Assembly (NCBI GenBank): GCA_000091205.1
Contig: AP006487.2
Reading direction: 5' to 3' (one strand)
DNA: 64,000 nt
Origin: Cyanidioschyzon merolae
Taxonomy: Eukaryota
Shown: one piece after another, positions 1 through 8,909 of the stretch
How positions within the stretch are numbered: the first letter of the stretch is position 1
Layout: each line of letters begins with the position of its first letter
Notes under the pieces: model-generated
The model's input: the letters and a program-made list of their open reading frames with translations, nothing else
Databases searched by the model: none
What the model was told of the DNA's origin: nothing
Made by a program: the position numbers and the translations under genes

Positions 1-4
1 GCAG

Positions 5-653
5 TTGCAGCTCATGACCTCTGTGCTGGAGGTTGTCGGACTTGCGCTGCACTGTGCTGGCCCAGAGTCTAGTCTGAGCGACATCGCTGGACCTGAGGCA
101 ATGCCAGGCATTCTGCGAAGCCTGGCTCGGGATCTGTTGGGACTGTTTGCGACCCCGTTGCTCAAGCGAATCTGTGCATTCAGCAACGCAGGTGTATCGG
201 CACACGTGGTGCATCAGGCACTTGGCGCCTGGCACAAAGCGATTGCTGCGAGTTTCGAACACTGGCTCTCCTGGGACTCGGACACGCGCTCGGAAACGCA
301 TACGGATGTGGCGGCAACGTTCGTCGGGATTAGTTTGACGCTGGAAGAGGCGCTGAGTGGCCTCCAGCCTCCGAAAGCAGCAGCATCGACGTTCACTGAG
401 CCTCTGTCGACGACACCGGTGTTGGACGCGAACGCTGCTGCTGCGCTGGTCACGATTTGTCGCTCCTGTCGCACCTTTTGGTACCAGGTGATGGCAAGCG
501 ACGCTTTAGCGACCACGAAGGACGCGGAAATGACCGCAGCGCGGCATCCGCAAACCGACGGAACGGGCGCGAGTGGCGCTGCGGTCGCTGCTGATGAAGC
601 GCTCCATCGTATGGCGAGCGTTGCAGTTGCGATTGCAGGTGCAGTTGCACCAC

Positions 654-688
<35 letters not shown>

Positions 689-2623
689 CAGCAAAACACT
701 CCAACCGAGACGCGACGATCCCTCTACGCTGCGCAGTGCGCCCTGATCGAGATGCTCGTACCGCTACCGCTTACGCTGAACGCAATGGATGCACCGGTTC
801 ACCTCTCGAAATGGAACTGCCAACCGGAACATCGCGTGAACAAAATCACTGGACAGCTCGTGAGGTATTTCCAAGCATCCACGACATCGCTTGCCCGCTT
901 CGAGCAACAAACAGCCGTATGGATCACCGACGCGAGCGCCGATGGCGAAGCAGCGCTTCGTGCAATCGCACTAGCGACCTTGACCTATGCACTACAGATG
1001 AGCACTGCGGTCGCGGTACAGGTTGCAGGTGAGGCGGTACCCGCGATATCGACACCAGGCGAGCGTGTGCTTGCCAACAGGGACGCAAGCTCATCTTCAC
1101 ATCGACATCCACAGGTGCAGGTGCAGGCGAATCGATTCGCCCACATGATGATGATTGGACAGGCGAGTGCGATGGCGCGACTCGGACTCTGTGCAGCTGC
1201 ACTCGGTGAGGATGCGGTGATTGGGCACGAGGGTTCAAGTGTGACACATGTGTCGCTTGCCGTCCGCAACCTTTATCTGTTTGAACAGCATTTGTCGCTT
1301 TTTGTGCAACTGGCAGTGAGCGCTGCGAGGCAGGGCACCACGATCCGCCTGTTGCCGAGTTTGCTGGAGGCACTGCACGCTTGGGTGAGGCAGGGTGTCG
1401 ACTCAGGGGCGTTGCTGTTTCCAGTGGGGGTTTCTTTGGCGCAGCGATCCGGCAACATATCGCCGCTTCTCCAACGACGAGCGGTGCTGGTGCGTCGCCT
1501 CATTATGTTCGCTGCGCTTCTCGCGCTTCAGCTACCGTCTGGTGTTGCGACTGCGGCGCCGTCGTGGCGAGCGCTTGTCGAGATCGCGCTCCAACTGGGT
1601 AGCCTCTGGTTAGCGAGCCGATCCCTGATGCATACCGAGCATGCGCTGACGACGCTCCAGATCGGTATCTGGTATGGGCGTTTGCTGTGTGCGCTTCCCG
1701 CAGCGCTCTACGCGGAGCAGTCGGCCCTGGAGGCCATGCGTCACTCGTTTGTGCTCCAGTGTGTCGAGCTGCTTCCGCACCAAGCAGGTGCGGTGCATGA
1801 ACCCGACACTGCGACTCGTGGCGACGTAGCAGGCATCGCAGGCGCGGTGACGGTAGGCACAGCGCCCTGGGATGCAACCCGGTCTGCCGCCGATGCCGTG
1901 CTGACCACGTCGTTGCCGCGCTGGCATCGAAACTGCGAGCACCCCGAGTCGCCTGCGGGTACCCCACAGGCCCTGAATGGATCGCATGCGGCGCCAGGGC
2001 CGAACGATAACCGCATCCAGTCGTTCCTGCTGTGTCGTCTCGAGCTTTTACGCATCATGCTTGAACTGAATATGCACGAGAAGGTGCCCGGAGTCAGCGG
2101 TTGGAGCGATCCGGTACCCGGAGGCGACCCCATTCGTACCAGCCCACTGGCGCAGTTCATTGCCGGCAGTGCTGGCAGCACAGCGCTTCCCGCACCTCCA
2201 CGGATACGTGCCGAGCATCTATCGCTGGGACTTTTGCGGCTCGCCAGCGAATGCATCACTGCGGAACGCGCTCAGCGCGGGGCTAGTCATCGAAATGCGG
2301 CTGCGGGACCGCGCTGGGCGCTGGAGCGCCAGCAGCAACTAGAAGCGATGCGCTACCGCGAGGTGCTCGAGCGAACGCTCTGGTTCCTGTTAGCGATTTT
2401 TGAGCCGTCACCTGCAGGCGTTGCAGTACCATGGCAGGTTGCCTCGCAGCGAACACGTCACTGGATAGACTGGCTGTACCAGGAACTGGAAACGCATCGA
2501 GATGATGCACGTTGGTTACTTCGGCGACTGCTGGCGCGACGACTGCGCCAGTGGATCCCCGGTGCTCCCGCTCCGACGGTGCGTTCGGCAGGGACGCGCT
2601 CGCCACCGGTCGTTAGAGCATGA
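5..2623 (+). CDS. C-terminal 872 aa of a large low-complexity protein of unknown function; 5-prime end runs off the window
   Basis: Continuous 2.6-kb ORF that is open at the window edge; the first codon of the ORF track is TTG, not a real start. Contains (GCA)n poly-Ala and poly-Gln codon runs. No domain I can recognise. Confidence 0.4.
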
Positions 2624-2842
2624 GGGAGACCGATTTTCACAGGTTTCTGTTCTCTCTGGCAGCGGCCGTAGCAGCAGCAACAACAACAGCAGCAGCGTAT
2701 GAAGGCAGGCGGTGCGGCAAGCGGTGCGTATCTGCGATAACGCGACTGTGGGGCGCGAGCACAGACCACCCCCGAGCGTGTCGCCCCAGGTCGGCGTCGA
2801 GCGAGCGCATGTCGATACCGCTTCCATCCGTACCACGAGTTT

Positions 2843-4636
2843 TTATGGAGACGACATCGTAAAGTTGGCTTTGGCGCCCTGCCCAGAAAACCACGGTCCC
2901 AATGCCTGCTGCAACTCCGACGGAGTCGACAATCGCAGATCAAACTTATCCCAGGTAATCATTTCGTACAGCTGAATATAGCGCCGGCTGAGTTCGGTTA
3001 CGAGCTCGAGCGGTGCTTCTGGGAGCTTCTCGTCCTTGTAGGGATCGCAATGATCGCGGTACCAGAGCCTGAGGATCTCTTTGTCGATATTTTCAGGTTC
3101 TTTGCCGCTGGCGATACGCTCTTCATAGGACGTGGCGAGCCAGTAGCGACTCGAGTCGGGTGTATGGATCTCGTCGATCAAACAAATCTGACCGTCTGCA
3201 TCGCGTCCAAACTCGTACTTTGTATCCACTAGGATCAGGCCGTGCTCCGAGGCAACTTGTTGGCCGTACTCGAAGAGTCGCAACGCGTACGCTGCGCAGG
3301 CGTCAAAGTCGACCGCGCTCATGAGACCGCGGTCGATGATTTCCTGACGAGAGATGAGGGCATCGCCGATGTCCTCCTTGGTTGTTGGGGTCACCAAATT
3401 CATCCAGAGTTTTTGGTTTTTGTGAAGATTGTCGGGGAGCTTAATACCACAGTATTCCCGAACGCCTCGCTCGTAGTTCTTCCACAGGGATGTCGATGTG
3501 GAGCCCGTTGCATATCCTCGGACAACGAACTCAATCGGAAACGGATCACAGCGCTTGGCGATTGTCACATTGGGATGTGGTACAGCGATCAGGTGATTGG
3601 GCACGATGTGTTCGGTGCGGCGGAACCACCACGCCGATACCAAGTTAAGCACTGCACCCTTGAAGGGCACAGCAGCCAGCACTCGGTCGAATGCCGATTG
3701 ACGGTCTGTGGTTACGAGAATCATGTGCTTGGCAGCGTCCGAGTAGAACTGATCTCGAACCTTGCCTTGCTTCTTTCGCCAGGTACCTGCATGCTGCTGG
3801 ACCAGCGCAGACAGCACTCCATCCGTCGAGACCAGCACGTTGTTTTCGCGTGCTGCAGCCTGGATATCCGCAAGGTAGGCGCTGGTCGCGACCTCCGCGT
3901 CATCGACGTACAGCCGATCGCGATTCGCTTTCTGGAACGCCCGAACCCGGTCTCGCACGAGCGGATCGTGAATGCCCAGAATCTTCGCAGCTGTTAGGGC
4001 TGCATTGCCGGGGTCCAGAGAGACCACCGGCGCAATGCCACCCGGCATACGCAGGCTCGAGAAGATGTCAGCACCGCCAAAGGCATCCGACGGCGGCGGA
4101 CAGGCGATCACGGGCGACGCCACCGACCCGTCGAGTAGCCCCGAGAGTGCGTTCGAGCGACCAGCGACCGAGATGTATACTTTGGGTCGAGGATCGGCCT
4201 CGAGTCGACCGACAACCTCCAATAGCCGAGTAGGCACCTTGTGGGCAGAGAGCACGTGCATCTCCGTTGCCAGGCCGAAGCGATGGCAGGCTGCGGCGAT
4301 CTGATCACAGTGTTTTTTGTCGGCCTTGGATCCCATGAGAATCGGCACAAGTGGCGTCAGACGACCCTGTGCGCTATGATCGCCTATCGAATTGTTCCCA
4401 GAAGACGTCACAGGCGCAGTCAAGTCCATCGTAGAGCAATTCAGGGTTCGCAACACTCGCGGAGGCGCGAGTCGTCGGCTTCCTAGTCGTGCTGGAGCAC
4501 CGTTCGCTGTGCGACAGGTGCCTCCAAACTGATTCTTCCCAGATGATACGTGATGAAAGCAAGTGATTGTGTTTGAATGAAACGATGAGAAACGCAGTCC
4601 CAGTGGACTGCTTGTCGACGTTACGAATCCAAACAT
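2843..4636 (-). CDS. Bifunctional purine-biosynthesis enzyme: class II AIR carboxylase (PurE-like) N-terminal domain fused to SAICAR synthetase (PurC-like) C-terminal domain. Has an N-terminal organelle-targeting-like extension.
   Basis: The translation has PurE hallmarks (ILMGSKAD...SAHKVP...VAGRSNALSG...SLRMPGGIAP) followed by SAICAR synthetase hallmarks (LILVDTKYEFG...LIDEIHTPDSSRYW). The ORF is open from 4954. In-frame ATGs lie at 4636 (MFGFVTSTSSPLGLRFSS..., Ser/Thr-rich with Phe at +2, transit-peptide-like) and at 4429 (MDLTAP, just before the PurE domain). Start choice is uncertain. Confidence 0.8.
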   Translation of the reverse strand: MFGFVTSTSSPLGLRFSSFHSNTITCFHHVSSGKNQFGGTCRTANGAPARLGSRRLAPPRVLRTLNCSTMDLTAPVTSSGNNSIGDHSAQGRLTPLVPILMGSKADKKHCDQIAAACHRFGLATEMHVLSAHKVPTRLLEVVGRLEADPRPKVYISVAGRSNALSGLLDGSVASPVIACPPPSDAFGGADIFSSLRMPGGIAPVVSLDPGNAALTAAKILGIHDPLVRDRVRAFQKANRDRLYVDDAEVATSAYLADIQAAARENNVLVSTDGVLSALVQQHAGTWRKKQGKVRDQFYSDAAKHMILVTTDRQSAFDRVLAAVPFKGAVLNLVSAWWFRRTEHIVPNHLIAVPHPNVTIAKRCDPFPIEFVVRGYATGSTSTSLWKNYERGVREYCGIKLPDNLHKNQKLWMNLVTPTTKEDIGDALISRQEIIDRGLMSAVDFDACAAYALRLFEYGQQVASEHGLILVDTKYEFGRDADGQICLIDEIHTPDSSRYWLATSYEERIASGKEPENIDKEILRLWYRDHCDPYKDEKLPEAPLELVTELSRRYIQLYEMITWDKFDLRLSTPSELQQALGPWFSGQGAKANFTMSSP

Positions 4637-4914
4637 GGAATAGTGAATTCGAATCAGAGGATGCCTCGAACAAGCACTCGTCGAAAGCGAATCGGACCGT
4701 GAGAACTTCTCAGCACAGCACACAAAGCACAGTTGTTCCGTTCTGTTTCGTATAACGTGCCTCAACACCGAAACACACCCTGGTTCTACGAATAAAACGC
4801 ACAAGCGAGGCAAGCCCTGTACCAGTTTGGCAGGGGAACCGTCGACCCGCGCGGGACGATGCGTGGCGCCGAGGATGGAGGCGGCGGCGACGCCCCCCGT
4901 CGGATGCAGAGGGC

Positions 4915-5105
4915 GCCCATTCACCCGCCCATTCGCCGGCCCATTCCGGCCCATTCACCCGCCCACCCCGCCCATTCGCCCGCCATTCACCGCCTCGACG
5001 GGCGCTTCATGCGTGCTGCCATCGCCGCCTCGACGGGCGCTTCATGCGTGCAGCCATCGCCGCCTCGATCTTTCGCTTCATGCGTGCAGCCATCGTTTCC
5101 CGAAT
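4915..5105. repeat. Compound minisatellite: about 8 copies of a ~10-bp unit (gcccattcRcc) followed by about 2.5 copies of a ~33-bp unit (cgcctcgacgggcgcttcatgcgtgcWgccatcg)
   Basis: Direct tandem repetition is visible in the sequence. It lies immediately 5-prime of the PurE/PurC gene on the minus strand. Confidence 0.7.
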
Positions 5106-6600
5106 GTGCACGGCAGCTCGTTGACACGCTCGTGTACACGCGGGATACCTGATCGAGCGCTCGGTATTCGGTGTGCGGTGAGGCATCCGTCGTTCCACGA
5201 GTTGCTTCCGAGTTCAACTGCCAGCACGTTCCCTCTAAGATACTGGTTATTCATTTGTTCTATTGTGGATCGAATGCGGGCAATGAGCGTCACGGGCTTC
5301 GCTTCTAGCGTCAGAGCGGTCGTCGACTGTGCGTGATGCGGCGCGTGCGCTGAGGGCGCTGGCTGGTACTTGGCCGTGTTCAGCATCGCGGATACCGTGC
5401 TGCTGCTGTAGAATGGCGTCTCGTCGATGAACACATATAGGGGGAAAAAGGCTGGTCTTTGGGACGCAATCGATGATTCGCATTGCCGAGTTCAGCGCTA
5501 TCTCAGCATTGCTATGTGATCAAGTCATCGAGGGAAGATCTCGGGTGTTTGCTCTCGTCCATCCAGCAGCGCGAATCGCTGTACCCACAAATCCTCTTCA
5601 ACCTGATTGGTAGAAAACCTGATGCATGCAAAGTCTGCGCATACCCTGTCTGTTTGACACGGAAAAGCATGCAGATTGCTACCCAGGACCTGGACCATGA
5701 AACCGGTTGGTTTACGAATCCTCGTTCGAGGGCGTCGCCATGCATCGGTCTTGCGGTGCCGCAACGATTTCCAGTGGCACAGCGCCCAGAGCGCCACGCC
5801 CAGGAGACAAGCGAGAATCCCAAGAATTCGGACGAATCCGTAAGACCCCATTGCTACACTTCGGTTATCGAAGCTGTACACCTGAACAGCATTCCGATAA
5901 AAATGTCAAGCCAGGACTAGAGCCAGCAGTCCAGTGTCCCATTTTATTTGAACATCTGTGTCGGATACGTCGTGTGAGCGCGTTCCTAGTCGCGCGGTCC
6001 AGGGTGCCTGCACACCGTTTTTCATCAATGGGGCGGAACAAACGACGTACCGCAAAAGACCCGGCCAGGTCATGTCCGTCGCAACAACGGAATACTCGCG
6101 TCGACTAATTCCACTGTTGCATGTCGTTCTTCTTAAAGCGCGCTGAGGAAACATCCAGCGTCTTCCAAACGCAGTTTGAGCAGGGATCGCTGATGCCGAT
6201 CCACGGATTCCAGGTGCACAGATCCCGCTCAAATACCCGGAGTTGATGCGCTCCTCCAGGTGATGAGCGTTGTGCCCTGTCGTGATCGCGCGTTGCAGTG
6301 CTGGAGCACCGTGTTCCTTCCGGTGGACGCTTCGCATGACATGATGAGCATAAACAACAACGGGGCCCGTGCAGGTAGATACGGTCAGCCTTGGCTCGGA
6401 AACCTGTGCACCGCTCGCGCTTACCTATGCGTTCACGCTGCTTCATGCGGGAACACAAGCGCCACCGGCACCACGTTCATTTCGTGGCATTCGGATGTCA
6501 TGCTGGAGCAGACGTATGCCCGTGACCACATAGGAAGCGCCCGATCCAAGTCTAAACGGGGCCCCAGCGACAACCTGCAAATCACGGTGCTCCGCCGTAG

Positions 6601-7023
6601 CTACGAGTGCTGTGTAAAGCGCGTTCGACAGCGACAGCACTCATAGAGGATGGTTTGACCCTCATCTGCGCTGCGCATCTGCACAGTCTCGTAATAGAGC
6701 TCCTGACTGTTACATTTGGGACAACACTCGCCCCCGCGAACGACTTGACGCGTTGCTTCCATGGACGGATCCGTGGTCAGTGCAGCGGCGGCGGACCCAG
6801 CGCGCCCGTCCTCACCGGAGACACGCTTCGTATACGCCGCTTGCAGTTCTAAAAGAAGTTGTGTAGGTCGCACAGGGACCTCGTACACGATGGTTTTCTG
6901 AGGCAAGGGCGGCAACGAGCCACAGCCGACACACGGTTTTGGCTCGCCGGCTTCGACTGGCTCCCTGTAGCGTCCGCAGCAGTCGCAGAACTGTGTTTCC
7001 ACCCAGTCCTCAATGGAGGCCAT
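6601..7023 (-). CDS. Small RNA polymerase subunit with an N-terminal zinc ribbon and a C-terminal TFIIS-type zinc ribbon (RPA12/RPB9/RPC11 family)
   Basis: 140-aa ORF with an ATG start. N-terminal FCDCCG...CVGCG ribbon. C-terminal CPKC...Q(x)RSADEG(x)T..YEC..C motif typical of TFIIS-type ribbons in Pol I, II and III small subunits. Confidence 0.65.
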   Translation of the reverse strand: MASIEDWVETQFCDCCGRYREPVEAGEPKPCVGCGSLPPLPQKTIVYEVPVRPTQLLLELQAAYTKRVSGEDGRAGSAAAALTTDPSMEATRQVVRGGECCPKCNSQELYYETVQMRSADEGQTILYECCRCRTRFTQHS

Positions 7024-7214
7024 AAGGGCACTCTATGGAGTACGCCTAAAATACCAACCTGTCGTTGCCGCAAGCTCCGGGTTTGTGGTTTCCCGCCACC
7101 AGTTCAACAACTCGCTGCAGCAGTTGCTGGTGGACGTGCTAGAGGCACTGACCACGCAGCGGGTCGATGACGTACAACGCGCGTGGTTTTCTGTTTTGGC
7201 AGAACGTTGATCTG

Positions 7215-8560
7215 GACCATGGATACTAGATCCTGGGATGGATATTGCTGTTCGGGAAAGCGTCCATTAGTCTTCACTCTACCTCCGAATTCCATGACCC
7301 ATACTTCCCCTCGGATGTACTGGTCGTTTCGTACGTTCCATTGTGCACCGAGCGCATGCGATGGGCGTCTACGCTAGCGAATGTACTGCTGGGGCGGATG
7401 CAGCACGGACAGAGAACGGCTTGGCCATGCCATTCAGGCCGTCCACTCGAGGCGCAGTGCCTAGGGCGCGGAGTAGGAACTCATCCTCAACCTGGGAGCC
7501 AGCAAGCTGCGCAGACAGACCTACTGCCCGTGACAGTGCGGAGCGATTTGCTCGGATGATCCGGCGACCGGTGGAATACCTGGATGTAGCCTAATCACGA
7601 CTAGTCCAGGAAGAAAGTGCCTCGCGGGCGAGTTGCTCAGGTCGCAACCCCTGTATCCGCCGCGGGAGGCAGCACGAAGCACTTGCCTGGCACACTCGTC
7701 CGGCTCGTGGGACGCTCCACCTGGAAGGTAAACTTGCAGGAATGTGGAAAATTTTGCCCCCTTTTACCGTTTCTCGTCCAGGGGAAAGAAACTGTTATCG
7801 AGTTGCTCGGTAGTGGGTATTTTCTGTCTTTCGGCACAGTTGCAACGAGTAAGCGGTTACTTTCTGGTCTTAGCACCTCGGATGCCTCGTCGAATCATTG
7901 AAGACCTGTCCTGGACGTCCGGCGATGTCCTCGTACTGGACAACATGGCGTTTCACCGTTGCCCTTAAGTTCGAGCAGCAGCTTCTTATTCCTCCTCCGT
8001 GCACTCGTTTGTTGAACCGTATTGAAGGAGTGTTATCTTTCGGGAAATATCATGATCGCCCGAGTAAGCGAATCGCTGAAACGTTCAGTACACGATGACA
8101 CTAAGGCACATGTCGTCTTTTTTCCGCAAGTCCTTCGTCCTCCGGTAAGGTCCTAACCCAAGCGCATAAACAAGTGCGATCATTCCCAATAATAAAGCAT
8201 CCAAGGGATAAGCCAGAACAGACACTCCAGAAAGTCGAAAATGAGAGAAGCCAGCGGAGCGCTCCGGCGATAGAAACCCACAGAGAGCTGACAGAGCAGT
8301 AAATGGCACAGAAGAAACCAGTCCGAGGAATCTCTGGTTTGGCGAGATCAACCAGAAGTAAAATACATATAGAGTTCGTGAACCGCGACTCCAACGCCGC
8401 CATCAATATCACGAGATGTGCATTCCGAAACGCGACACCTGTGAAGCTCACACGAGCGAACTTTGCGGGACACCCCCCTGAGGATCCAAATGAACACGGA
8501 TAAACTGAAACCGATAACCGTCAACCAGGCAAAAAACGACCGCGATGCATCCGCGCCCCC
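7215..8560 (+). mobile_element. Degraded, internally deleted copy (E1) of a Fanzor/TnpB-like element. Consists of the ~600-bp family-specific 5-prime repeat (repeat C, 7215-7800) plus the C-terminal RuvC-II/RuvC-III remnant.
   Basis: 7215-7800 aligns with 24690-25270 (for example tggtcgtttcgtacgttcc, gcaagctgcgcagacag, cccccttttac blocks). 8100-8503 encodes a remnant homologous to the C-terminus of the 27026-27706 ORF (KVRGLVAFV...RDFNAAVYI vs PVRGISGLA...RDSNAAINI). The 3-prime tail motif ctgaaaccgata... is shared with the other copies. Confidence 0.6.
8303..8503 (+). pseudogene. TnpB/Fanzor-like RuvC-III C-terminal fragment (part of E1)
   Basis: Translation ...IHIEFVNRDSNAAINITRCAFRNATPVKLTRANFAGHP matches the TnpB-family RuvC-III signature (RD-x-NAA-x-NI) and the equivalent region of the larger copies at 27480-27700 and 44843-45151. 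Confidence 0.6.
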
Positions 8561-8909
8561 CGAGTACCCATCTGTAGCCCGTCGACGTGAGACGCGCGCG
8601 ATCCGGACACGTCTCGTGAACGGATCGCGCGCGTGCATGCAGGTGCCGCTGCGCCACTCGCTCGCGGAACACCAACTGCTCCCTCGATCGGCGCTCGCGG
8701 GTGGAACGGCGCAGCGGCGCTGGGGCGCTCACCTGGCGGCCGTCGCACTCGACAGCACGCAGCGCTGCGATGCGTGCCGCATCCGGATCCGTGCGGCGGG
8801 TGAATTGCGCAGCGCGCTGTGTGTGCGCGTCGCCAAACGGCAAACGGGCAGGATCCTGTTTCTAGGAGTGCGGTATCGTCCATGCGCGTCGTGCTTTGAA
8901 AGCAGGCTC

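Noticed and set aside
3242-3997. 251-aa ORF on the plus strand, antisense to the PurE/PurC gene. Similar long antisense ORFs occur at 10061-10804, 16382-17083 and 37095-37919.
   Set aside because: They lie opposite genes with strong homology support. They are the expected stop-codon-poor shadows of GC-rich, low-complexity coding sequence. No recognisable domains.
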